60,000 nucleotides of DNA, taken from positions 96,536,001 through 96,596,000 of the forward strand of contig NC_086107.1 in assembly GCF_963921235.1 (NCBI RefSeq). The letters are read 5' to 3'. Both the position numbers and the translations under genes were made by a program. Positions 1 through 11,713 of the stretch are shown one piece after another. Numbering within the stretch: position 1 is the stretch's first letter; each line of letters begins with the position of its first letter. The notes below the pieces were generated by a model. The model saw only the letters and a list, made by a program, of their open reading frames with translations. It searched no databases and was not told the origin of the DNA. The stretch is from Mobula hypostoma (lineage: Eukaryota).

Positions 1-890
1 CGGCACCAGGGAGACAACACTCATTGTTACTGAAGCACCCATCTTCCCCTCTTACAGTTAGGTCCCTATCACAGGAGACTCACTTACGAGAATTCTTTAC
101 GTTTAGTGTTTTTTTAAATTTGCAGTCTGTCTTCTTTTTCCACATTCTTTCAGTCTTTCTTTTTATGTATACATTTTCATAAATTTTATTGTATTTCTTT
201 TCTCCCCAGTAAATGCCAGCAAGACAAATCTCGAAGTAAATTTGAACTAGAGGTCCTCCAATTCTTTTGCCTCCCCCTCCTTCAACTGTGGTGCCACAAA
301 CTGGGCAGTTGGTGCTTTCCTCTGAGAGGCCATACCTGCCTGCACTACTGCTCTACCTGGTCACCTGCCCCTGTCCCACCTGTGCAGTCATTGCTCATGT
401 TATTGGTATGCCCAGTTCACTAAACGTGTGTCTTCGGCTTGAATGGGATTAGTGCAGCTCGGCACCTTGGTTGGTATGAATCACTTGGGCTGAAGGGCCC
501 ATTTCTGTGCAGTATCTCTCCACACTAGGCCCATCCACAGCTCCAGCTGTAGAAGATGGTCAGTCAGGAACACAAGAGATTCTACAGTTGCTGGAAATCC
601 AGAAAGGGGAAGAGAAACAATGGTCAGCCTGGAGTTGCACTTGACACACTCGCTGCACAGGGTCTCTCACATTGCCCATAGACTGCTGGAGCAGCATTCC
701 ATGTGGTGGGTTCTGCTACCATTTCTTTGCACTTGGCATTACTGTCCTCCCATTTTCAGCTCCTAGTTGCACTAAAAACCCTCTATTACACTAACCTTCC
801 ATTACACTTTCAGGGTCTTTAATTTACACTAGCTACTGTAAGTTAAAGTCCCTGAAGGTGGAAAATACCCACTCCTTGCTACTCACCGTA

Positions 891-1025
891 AGTCCTGATG
901 AAGGGTCTCAGCACAAAACATTGACTGTTTATTCCCTTCCATAGATGCTGCCTGATGTGAGGTTTCTCCAGCATTTTGTGTGTACTGTTTGAGATTGCCA
1001 GTATCTGCAGAATCACTTAAGTTTA
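891..1025 (+). mobile_element. Penelope-like pseudo-LTR fragment with a degenerate hammerhead core
   Basis: agtcctgatgaagggtctcagcacaaaacattgactg followed by the shared atagatgctgcctg...ccagcattttgtgtg tail. Confidence 0.75.
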
Positions 1026-1652
1026 TGATTTAATATTCCAACACCTCTTTTACTTATTGAAACAGCCCTGGTGCAGACAGCTGGATTTAAATTTCAAGTA
1101 AAAGGTCATAATTTTCAGCACAGAGGGAAGACCTGCTCAAAGTGTCACTTACTTGAAACTGCAAACTTCAGCGAAAACACTGCCTGCAAATCACCCCTGG
1201 ATAGGTAAAGGCGAGACCATTTGGGATATTTAAAATGATAGGTAAATGTTTGAAAGATCAGAGAAACAAGGGCTGCTGAAAACTGTAAATGAAGCTTGGG
1301 GCAGACTAGTTGCGATCATATTGGATGGCAAGGCTGGTTTGATGGGCCAAGTGATTTACTCCTATTTTGTTATGTGAGTGGTTAATGCCAGAGGTGATGA
1401 CGGGTTGAGGAAGCGTAGAAAGGATATGTGCACCCCCAAGGTACAGGTGTGAGTTGTTGTAGTAAGATCAAAGGTGTAAATTGGTCGGATAATTCACATC
1501 AGATGTAAACAGGATGTAGCAAGGAGTGGGTATTTTCCACCTTCAGGATGTACCTGCTCCATGTAACCCACAGTGAAAACCTTTTCCTCTTCTTACATTA
1601 AGAGATCAACTCGTTTCCCAAAGGTACTGCATGCTCACATTGCACAAGTGTT

Positions 1653-1699
1653 TTTATTTGCTTATGAAAGCATTTATTAACAAGTAGTAAAGCTTTATT
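1653..1699 (-). terminator. Distal polyadenylation signal cluster (three AATAAA)
   Basis: tttatt on + at 1653-1658, 1673-1678 and 1694-1699. Confidence 0.55.
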
Positions 1700-4600
1700 G
1701 AAGCATACATACATACAGAATTATACACAATGAGTAAACACATTCATTTTTATAAATCTAGCAGGTCACTCAATTCTCCAGTTAATACAAAAGTACAGAT
1801 TAAATAAAGAGCAATGCATTGTTATTTTCCCTCAGATCTTATTACATTAGTCACCTTCCTTTAACTTAAGCATATTGCTTTAAAGCTGTCACACTTGGTT
1901 TTGCGGCATCTCAGATTCAGATGGGTATATGCTCCATGGTCTTTCCTTTCAAATTTATTTTGATTAATACTTGTTCAGTTTACTGCATCAATACATGGTC
2001 AAAAGCAAAGATCAAATAAAAAAAACTAGCCAACTTAAGATAAAAATCAGCATTAAGAAAATAATCAAAGAACTTCCTACCAATTCAACAATTCACAGAA
2101 ATTCTGTATTTCAAGTAACACAAGGAAATTGGAGAATACCCAAGTATTCCAGAAATTTTTGCTGTTATTAACTACAATTGAAAGTTCTAGATTGTTTTTC
2201 CTTTCCTACAATATAATTCACTATTTTACATTATATTTTACACACCATTTTAACATTTCTAAACAATTACTTTCAAATGGAAGGACATGCTAACAATTGG
2301 CACACATTTAAGATGGTTTACTATAACCTTATCCGTGTACCTGAACTGATAAATATTGCATATACAGTTGCAATTTGGGAGAAACTGATTAGTGGAAGCA
2401 AATAAATTGTAGGAAGTCTGAAAAGCTGCTGGAATTTCCCCTACTTCAAGGCAGGTTGTTTTGCTTGAATATATCAGGATTGCAGATAATTTTTAAACAA
2501 TTCCCCCAGAAAGTCCCATTTACACAATTGTTGGTCTCAGAGTGACTCTGGTTGCAGTAATTTTTGCACCGATGGCTTTGTGTTCTAAGGAGTTGGATTT
2601 TCCTTCATCCTCGAGTTTCTGGTTGACAACAATGATATCCGTATGGTGATGGGAACCAGATTAACTCTGAAACCAGTGTAAAACAGGATGCAAGGTGCAG
2701 CAGCCTCAATGTGCATTGTGCAAATTTCCTGATACATTGTTACTTGCAAAATATGCAAGGAAAGTTAGTGAACTCTTCCTTTTCAAGAAACTATATATAA
2801 AGAAAGATCTTTTAAAACTAACAATTCTTTTAGTGGTTTTGGAATCTATATGAAGATCCATAAATCTACAGTATGAATTAATAGCTGTGCTAAATGCCTA
2901 CTTTATCCTGCAATCACCCAACTGCAACAGTTGTAAACCCAATACACAGCAGAATTATTTCCCAAAGTCTAGAGAAAAAGTGTGAATCTTCATTCATCGG
3001 CCTATTCAACTAGTTATGACCACTTGCCAATGAAAGTTTACAAGAGGACTCCTTCTGACCATGGAGGTGCTTTAAATAGCTCTCCAGTTAAGAGTGCTTA
3101 AATTACTGGTGTGGTCTGTACCATTATCAATGAAAGAAGCTACTGAACTGCTTTTAGATGGAAGACTACTAATGGTTTTAACTAAGAACTTGCCAATACA
3201 CCACGATGCCACATCATTGCTAAAAAAGGACCTATTAATTTTGTTTTAAAAACCTATTAAATTCTGTTCCTTTCAGCTCTTTGCCAAAGACGAGCACTGT
3301 AACTATCAACATTACAACACTCAGCTATGATTTAACTGTATATTCAATGCTTTGCAACTATAAAGTTCAGCAGTAATCAAACTGAAGTTCTCAATCAACC
3401 TCATTTGCTTATTAATTCAGTCGCTTTTGTATTCTCAAAATCATAATAAAATCAGAATGCACACAATGGGTCAAACACATTGTCTTTCCTTGCTGTGGCA
3501 GCGTTTCAACCACACTTCCTTCTGTCTCTTTGTATATTATTTTATCATCATCAGTAAAAGATATAAATATCAAATTTTAATTGAAAGAGTTGAGATGTTT
3601 AGTAATTTTCTTTCAGTGTATATATTAAAAAAATCAGATGTAGGAACATGCTACTGTGAAGGGACAATGCTTCTAAGAAGTCAGGCACCACTTGTAGCTA
3701 AGTAGAGAAAAAATAAAAGCCATACCAGTGCCTCTTGCTTTACCCCCACCATCATGACATGCATGGTTAATGGTACAAAAGTCTACAGCAGTGTAGCAAT
3801 GATTAATTTTCTTTATCATTTTGCTTTGGAAAAATATTAACAGAGTTCAGTCTTCATCCTCCATCTATTTTGCAGGCTACCTCCCTCGTGTTCCTTCATT
3901 CTCCCACACACACAACAGCAAGCCAAGGCGGCAATGGTTACTGAGCTACTCATAGAGTGGAGTTACACTGTTGACAGGGAAATGAGAGAGTAGTCCAAAC
4001 TGATCAAACCTCTGGGGTAACCATATCAATTGCTCAGGATTTGTCTTTAGGTGACTAGATGAACAGGTGTTTATCATTTTGGTCAGAGATCTAGACAATG
4101 TACTATTACCAGACCTGCAATATGACCATGTGTGAAACACCTTACTGGGCTTTCATCATTATTTCAAAGAGATTAGTTACTAAAGTTTTCTAATATTTCC
4201 ACCAAAGTATCCTCCTTTGAGAGGATAATCACCAAAGCTGAAACAGATGAAATACACTCCAGTTTACCTACTTTATAATTAATTAAAAAGAAAACTCAAT
4301 TATCCCATCAACACACACAAAGTACTGGAGGAAATCAGCAGGCCTAAATATCTCTTCACCAGAGTTAGTTGGTAAACTTTTGATCTATTCAAAGAAATTT
4401 ACCAGAATGCTTCATATTATGCCTGTGCCCTGGTTACCTTTATCTGTAACTGTTAAGCTCTAGCCGTTCCCTCAAAATGACCAAATACTATATCTATCTA
4501 CTAACAAGTTACAGAATCCTTCTGGAAGTAACTAACACAGTACATCATTCTTAAAAATTAAACAAGCAGTGTCATGGAAGGACAAAAGGTTTCATAAATA

Positions 4601-5090
4601 AAGTCAAGACCCTGCTAAGCAATGATGGATCTTGTGCACATTGGTTCCAGCAATGAAGGAAACTGAACATCAGCAGTGGAATTATGGATTGTGTCTTTCC
4701 AATCCCGTGTGTGTCTAAGTGCACCCTTTAGGCCCATTCAACAAACTGTATAAAATATGATTGGTCATCAGTTATGGTGGGGACAATGCAAAGTGATGAA
4801 CAGGATTCAAATTCCTGAAACTTACATTCCTTATCTATAGTAACACAAACTGTCACGTGGGTACTAAAATGTAAAATTTAGAATCAAGATACAGCAAATG
4901 TTGAAGTTTAGAAACAAGTCAATCTGATTTTATGCTCCTCTATAAGAAATTACAATAAAACTTTCATGAAGTAGGTCAGACAAATATTACAGAATAACTT
5001 CTCCAATCCCCTCCTACCAAGCTGTAAAAATATTTCTTGGTAATATTCCAAATAATGTTGATATTATCTAATTTCAAAAACATGAAGTAT

Positions 5091-5096
5091 TTTATT
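5091..5096 (-). terminator. Proximal polyadenylation signal (AATAAA)
   Basis: tttatt on + at 5091-5096, with U-rich sequence just downstream in the sense direction. Confidence 0.4.
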
Positions 5097-5876
5097 TGTT
5101 ACTGAGAAATTTAAACAAATGGCCTTGGTACATCAAACATCAAAATCCCAAAGCCTATTGTGTGATGACCGGCTAATGAGTATAGCTGTGTTATTAATCT
5201 ATTTTCACAGGCATTACTTAAAATAGCATTGTCGGTTTGTAGGAAAACATTGTTTCTGTTGGTACTATACAAAATAATTTCAATAATTTTATACCTTTCT
5301 GGCATATTTTGAATATTATCATATTTACAAGCAATATTTTTGTTTTCATTAACACTGCCTTCACAGTCTAAATAGTTACAACACCAAGGGCAATACTCCA
5401 AAACTGGGATTTGTCATATTAGTCTAATGTTTTCATCCCCAGGTTTGTCCAGAATTCCTAATGGAATAGATCCTGTAGAGTTTAGGCAGACATAGCTCAA
5501 GTGGAATCACCAGAGTAGTTTGGTCAATTTTTTTCCCCAACACCTGCATTCTATGGCGACAATATATGGAGGTCAGAGGTTAGGAGGCAGACTTAATTCT
5601 GAAAGGCAAGGGAAGTCAAAGAGAGACAACTAGGAAAGAGATAGTGTACAATGGTGTAATGCAATGGCCACCTCACCTACTTCAATGCACAGGCCATCTG
5701 TGCAAGGACACCACCATAAGATGCCTGCAGTCCAAGACTCACTTCCTTAGCTGGAGGACACAAGGTGGAAAGAGATGGACTGGGTCAAGTCTAATAAAAA
5801 TACAGCATCTAACAACACACTTTTTAAAAAGTAAATAATTCACAAATAGTTGGAAGAATAAGAACTTCAAACAGGT

Positions 5877-5924
5877 TCAGTTGTTCTTCTTTTCATCTGC
5901 TGGGGTATATGGTGGGGGCTGATC
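5877..5924 (-). CDS. WBP2NL: WBP2NL-like terminal coding exon 8 (DQPPPYTPADEKKNN*)
   Basis: Acceptor tctcttacag; PPPY motif; TGA stop at 5879-5877. Confidence 0.92.
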   Translation of the reverse strand, partial: DQPPPYTPADEKKNN

Positions 5925-6597
5925 CTGTAAGAGACAGACCTATTTTACTGCTGGACATGAACAATGAGATAGTCATAAAATATGTTTTTGCATGAATGAG
6001 GTACATATTTTTACATCTTAAAAGAACCAACAGGAGTTCACATAAACAATCCAATTGCTAACAGGCATCTATTTAAACACACATGTTCTTGGACAAATAT
6101 GCATTTTAGGATCAGATGCTATGACCTAGAAATGGGAGGATCTGCAGTGTACTCTAGAAGCAGTTTGGTGTTAAGAAGTCCATATACAAATATGTAACTT
6201 TTCATCAAGCCAGCTGCAAACTGCCAGGAATAGCAGTGTTCGGATTAATCAATATTGTAAAGCAAGACTCAGATTATACATTGGAGCTTCATTTGCAGAT
6301 ACAATGGATCTTCTACCTACCACGATGGAAAGAAAGTGCTGCTGAATTTCTGGCGGTACTCTCAATCTATATCTCTGTGACATGAGCACTTGAAAGCATT
6401 GCCGAAACTTTACATTTGCCACACTAAATCTTGCCAAGACCAATGGATTTGTGTAAATAAGAACAACTTTCATAATGTAACTGTGGATTACTTATTACCA
6501 GGCAAAGATTTTTTTAGTGCTCAACTTGGGGAAAACTTTGATGGATATGAAAACCTGAAGTTATAATTCTTCAAAAATGAAGACGAAAAACTCTTAC

Positions 6598-6674
6598 CAT
6601 TGGCATGTACACACTGTGAGGGTTGCATGGGTTATAGTAAGCGCTAGAAGCTGCTTCTGCTGCTTTAGCTCCAC
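6598..6674 (-). CDS. WBP2NL: WBP2NL-like coding exon 7 ([26 protein letters not shown])
   Basis: Acceptor ttcatcttttag, donor ATG|gtaaga; 77 nt; matches the conserved AKAAEAAxSAYYNPxNPHxVYMP motif. Confidence 0.93.
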
Positions 6675-6916
6675 CTAAAAGATGAAAAGTTTTAATGTAA
6701 CTTAATGCAATATATTTCTTCATACTCTTCCACAGACTAATTGAACCCCTTCATCTTTCCCCACTCAAGGAAACACTAAATATTCTGCCAGCAAATACAA
6801 AACCCTTTCAACTTCAACTTAACAGAAGAATTTTAAAAGGTTTAAAAGATTAGGCTCTCCCAGATTTCCATTTCACACTGCCAGACCCTACAAAGGATTG
6901 AAAGGACTGCTCAGAG

Positions 6917-6995
6917 CAAGGGTTCTCAACCAGGGATCCACACACCTCTTGATTAACGGTAAGACTCCATGGCACAAAAAAAGTTGGAAATTGCT
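6917..6995. mobile_element. Short hAT-Charlie-type MITE
   Basis: caagggttctcaacc...gttggaaattgctg; homologous to the copy at 59310-59390. Confidence 0.5.
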
Positions 6996-7029
6996 GGTCT
7001 GGAGAAACATTGTTTCATTTGGTGGTATT

Positions 7030-7146
7030 CAGTTACAAGAAAAAGTTTGTGAACCCTTTGCAATGACCCAGTTTTCTGCATTTATAACTCATAAAATTGC
7101 AGAAAACTAAATAATTGCAAAGGATTCACAAACTTTCTTGCAACTG
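7030..7146. mobile_element. Tc1/mariner-derived palindromic MITE
   Basis: Long TIRs cagttacaagaaaaagtttgtgaaccctttgcaat / attgcaaaggattcacaaactttcttgcaactg, followed by TA. Confidence 0.75.
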
Positions 7147-7246
7147 TACATTATAGAGTCGAATGACAATAAACTTGAACTTGAAATGATATGTACTATC
7201 AAAGTGAATTAATAAAGTTATTTGGATCTTTTTAAAGCATACATAC

Positions 7247-7345
7247 CAGGCAATCCATGGTCAGCTACATTGGCTGATGGAGGTCCAGGATAAGGAGGTG
7301 GGGGAGGCATGCACATATCCATGGCAGGAGCAGATGGATGGACAC
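7247..7345 (-). CDS. WBP2NL: WBP2NL-like coding exon 6 (GVHPSAPAMDMCMPPPPPYPGPPSANVADHGLP), PPxY motif
   Basis: Acceptor aatttcag, donor G|gtatgt; 99 nt, phase 1-1; PPPPYPGP WW-binding motif. Confidence 0.9.
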
Positions 7346-7479
7346 CTGAAATTACACATTTACACGTGCATTAAAATAAATCTAATTTATTTCTTCTTAC
7401 GGCAGTATAATCCCAGCATTGGCGAAATAATTGTTTTCAACAGACTACGCAGGTATAAATGCAAAACTCATACTGTCAT

Positions 7480-8760
7480 AGAAATGTAGTGCACAGAAAT
7501 ACCCTTTTCAGCCCAACTTGTCCTGCCAATCATGATGCCTATCTGCACTAATTGCATTTGCCCACATTAGGGTGTAGCCCTCTACAGTTCCCATCTAAGA
7601 TTCTATTTGCAGATACCACTAAATGCATTACAAGGGTATGGATCTTAATCAGCCGAATAAGTGGGCCAAGGAATGGCAAATGGGAGTTTCATGTGGATAA
7701 GGGCAAGATGTGACATTTTGAAAAGTCAAATACAGTTATAACTTTCACAATGAATGGCAGGGCCCTGGATTCCTAGAAATCATTGTAGAACAGAGGGACT
7801 TTGGATCTCTGCACTTCTTGTTGCTTTGGTAAATCAGCCAGCATAATCAAAGGCCCCACCTAACCCAGACATTCTCTCTTCACCCATCTTCCACTGGGCA
7901 AAAGAAGTGCAGTTAGAAATTGGCAGTATGACACTGTGGGCATTGCTGAGTATAAAGAAGATCACAGCTGGGAGCCAAACATACAAACATACACATTGTA
8001 TGAAAAGGACAGGCAGGGAGACAGCGAGCATGTTGTGGCTTTTTTGGTAAAAAAAATGAAATCAAATCCTTAGGAAGAGGTGACACAGGACCAGAAGATG
8101 CAAAATCCTTCTGGGTAGAGTTGAGAAACTGCAAGGGTAAGAAGACCCCAATAGGCCTCTCTTAATATCAGCCAAGATATGGGCTACAAATTACAATAGG
8201 AGATAGAAAAGCATGTAAAATAGGCAATGTTACAATGATCATGGGGGATGTCAATATGGAAGTAGATTGGTGCTGGATTTCAAAAGCAAGAATTTGTGGA
8301 ATGCTATGAGATGGCTTTTTAGAATACTTGTGGTTGAGCCGATTAGGGAAAGGCAATTCTGGATTGGGTGTTGTGTGATGAATCAGATTTAATTAGGAAG
8401 CTTAACATATAGGAACCCTTAAGAAGCAGTGATCATAACATCATAGAATTCATCCTGTAGTTTGAGAGGGAGAAGCTAAAATCGAATGTATTAGTAGCAT
8501 AATAAAGTAAAGAAAACTACAGAGGCAGGAGAGAGAAGTTGGCCAAAGATGATTGGAAGGGGACACGAGCAGGGATAACAGTAGAACAGCAATGGCTGAA
8601 ATTTCTGGAAGTAATCTGAAAGTCCCAGGATCATTCTAAAGCAAGGCAACCGTGAATATCAAGAGAAGTCAAAGACAGCATAAAAGCAAAATAGGGGGCA
8701 TACAATATAGCAAAAATTTGTGGGAAGTTAGAGGGTTGGAAATTTAAAAAACCAACAGCC
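7480..8760. mobile_element. Degenerate CR1 LINE fragments, mixed orientation
   Basis: CR1 3' tail on - (~7480-7600), RT fragment on + (~7620-7800), endonuclease/linker fragment on + (~7980-8760) homologous to 25200-26460. Confidence 0.7.
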
Positions 8761-10277
8761 ATTTCCCTTTATGACAGGGATGAGTTCTTAGAAAGTATTT
8801 TGTTTGCTAAATTTCATAATTTCTTAAGACTGCATTATGGACATTTTAGTCAAGTTTATTCCCGTGTGTGGCAAGTGCTGTGCTATTTACTATAATGAAT
8901 AAATCAAAAGCCATACACTAAAGGGTGAACGCTCTTAAGCAGGAATGTGGGAGTGTAACAGATTTACTCAGGGAAATGCACAAAAGGAAATATGGAGCTT
9001 GTTTTGGGGGCACCTGCTTGGGGCTCTGGATAGGTTTGATCACTGAGGCAGGAAAAGGATGGTAGGGTGAAGAGTCAATGGCCTTTTTGCAGAAGTTGAT
9101 AAACTTGCCTCTCTATTAACAACATAAAATGCTGTAAAGTGTTAAGAAGAAAACAAAAAACCGAGAGCAACTCACAAGGAATATTAAAATAGGTGACAAA
9201 GTTTGGCGAGGAGATTAAAGACCCTTATAGAGGAGAAGATGGATTTATGGATGAAGTCCCACAATTTTGTGTGTGGGCTGAGAAAGACACAGTCTGCAAG
9301 GATGAAATGGTGAAAAACAGAGTACCAGACACTGACATTACAGGAGTATAAAGGTCTTGGAAGGTTCTGGAGCTACAGCAGAGTACAATAATAGTCTGCG
9401 AGGTGACAGGAGGGCTCTGATATGAAAAGTATGCTAATTTTAAAATAAGAGCAATTAGATGTTCTATGCATTTTCTGAGATCAGTTACACAGCAGCCTTG
9501 CACGTTTAAAGCAATTGTTCAACCAGTTCTTTTAACTAACATGCATCTTATGAAACAAGGGTAAAAAAATAAGTGACACGTTTCAGTGGAGAAAGCCAAA
9601 AACTTATAGAAGCTGTATTTAACCCTTAAATACAAAACTGATATTTGAAGACATTGCAGAAAGACTTTCAAACACTCCCCATCAACAGGGAAGGTTGGTG
9701 GATAAGTTGACTCTAACCTCTATGAACACAGCTATTTAATCACAGCAGATTAGCAGGCATCAGGTTATCCCCAGATTACACCAAGGAACTCCTTTCCTCA
9801 GACTGTACTCATCATTTGAAATTAACCCAGAGTGCAGTAACCAGGCAACCAAGACAACCATGACATTTCAGTTTTTAAGCCTGATTTCCAAAGTAATATT
9901 CTGGATAGAATTTGGGAGCAACTTGAGATATGTGGAGAGTGGAACATTGTTGGGATGGTCAGGTGACTTTGAACCTACAGTTCCAAAACTCTCCAACAAT
10001 ATTAGCTTCTCTCAGCTCACTTCTGGTCTCTTCAAATTCAAGAGACTTTTCATATTTAGCCAGTTACACCCTTATTGTTGTATTACATAACTATTAGAGT
10101 TGTAGATGGCAAATCAGATGCACCTTCATCTTTTATCTTCTAGCAATTCTTATACTTCTTTAGCTTTTATTAAGAGGAAAGAACACGTTCATTAATACTT
10201 CTGCTACTACTACTGCAGAATCAGCTGACTGGCCTTTAGCACTGCCATTGTCTTATCAGTAAGCTTTTTATCTTTAC

Positions 10278-10529
10278 CTGACTGTGGTGCAGGCATTCCA
10301 TAAAGATATCCCATTGATGTTGGTGGTGGTCCATAACCTCCATTCAAAGGAGGAGGCTGATATGGATATGGACCGTTCCCTGCATATGGTCCATTTGCTG
10401 CATAGGGTCCATTCGCTGCGTACGGTCCATTTGCTGCGTACGGTCCATTTGCTGGCACAAATCCAAAATTCATAACCCCCATTGGTTCATATCCAAAAGC
10501 ATTGTTCTGTGCAGGAGTACCCCTAGAAG
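10278..10529 (-). CDS. WBP2NL: WBP2NL-like coding exon 5 (ASRGTPAQNNAFGY...(ANGPYA)n...PYQPPP...MPAPQS)
   Basis: Acceptor ttgttctgttag, donor G|gtaaag; 252 nt, phase 1-1; ASRG junction motif; Pro/Gly/Tyr-rich. Confidence 0.9.
10363..10452 (-). repeat. Coding 18-bp tandem repeat x5, encoding (A/G)NGPY(A/P)
   Basis: Units at 10363, 10381, 10399, 10417 and 10435; the last two are identical (tgcgtacggtccatttgc). Confidence 0.95.
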
Positions 10530-10751
10530 CTAACAGAACAAAGTCAATTACATTTTGCAGACAACACAGGTTATTGCAATAAAGAATTAAGTCATGGTTC
10601 ATTGCAACCAGTGCACCCTGGAAAATTAGAGTATGACTGATTTTAACAAGTGAACGGTATATTATAGCATTACTGCATCCATGTGCAACATTGCTCTTCA
10701 AGCTGAGAGGTGCCTACAAAAGACATCGTTAAAAAAATCTATACAAAACTC

Positions 10752-11543
10752 AAGTTTGAAATACTTCCTTCCAGTATTTCCCAAGACTTGGACATGTCCA
10801 AAACGTATGAATTAGTGAAGCTTCTCCGTTATTACATTTATCACAAAAGGGAGATATATCCGAATAAAAATGAGATAGCTTATCCTTGGTCATGTGGGCC
10901 CTATGGACCACTTTAAATTGTAAGAGAGATTGTAACTGTCTCTGCACTTTTCAAAGTAAATTTTAAGCCTAACCCTTTGACTGCTTTACTCATATTATTC
11001 TGATATTATTCTGGAGACATCTGATTTGCACATTTTGGCTTTTATTTGTCTTATAGCCAGGAGGATGCTCTTGATTAAATGGACAGATGTTGTTCCGTCT
11101 ACTCACGCTCAGTGGTTACGTGATGTTATGTCATGTTGAAATTTAGAAAAGATCCATTGTTCAATTTCTGAATCCAGCCAAGACTTTCACACATTGTGGG
11201 GACCATTTTTGAACTATTTTCAAAATCTTTGATTTGTTGTTAAAGTACAAATGTTGGTTTATAACATATTTCACTATATAAGGTTTTTTTTCCTTCTTTC
11301 TTTCTTTACCAAGCAGCTTCGATCTTGGTAGTGGGTTTAGATTTTTTTTCTGTATATAATAATAAAATTATCATATTTCAATATTATGATTTAATTTAAT
11401 TTACATGAATATAATGAGGTTGCAAGTGTGATTCAAATATGTATTGGTATTTTATCTTTTTTTGACTTATAATACAATGTTTGTACATACTTCTTGTACT
11501 CTATCTTTTATGCAGAAATTAATAATAAAAATATTGGAAAAAA
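10752..11543 (+). mobile_element. L1 LINE 3' end with a 5' inversion (twin priming)
   Basis: 10752-~10935 encodes the ORF2 Cys-rich region on - (QFKVVHRAH..CDKC..HTFWTCP..YW); ~10935-11230 continues ORF2 on + (IARRMLLIKW...QWLRDVMS); 3'UTR ends with AATAAA and an A tail; flanking aaaactc repeat. Confidence 0.8.
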
Positions 11544-11713
11544 CTCGAATTATAATTTTTGTACTTAGAGTATATAAATAAAAACGTAGAATTGACACTA
11601 TTCTATGTTGATTGTACAGGCCATATAATCAAATTATAGTTCACCTGCTAGAAGTACAGATGATTGTTCTATTAGTTCAGCCAATCCTCTTTAACCATTA
11701 CATGAAATGATTT

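Larger units (their letters stand above)
1650..5876 (-). other. WBP2NL: Candidate long 3'UTR of WBP2NL
   Basis: AT-rich and nearly repeat-free, running from the stop codon to a cluster of minus-strand AATAAA motifs. Confidence 0.55.

Noticed and set aside
2520..2670. Possible extra minus-strand terminal exon (acceptor-like ggtttcag followed by a short open frame)
   Set aside because: No recognisable homology; compatible with chance inside the 3'UTR
10210..10701. 163-aa ORF as a stand-alone gene
   Set aside because: Only 10278-10529 is exon 5 of WBP2NL; the rest is intronic read-through beyond clear splice sites
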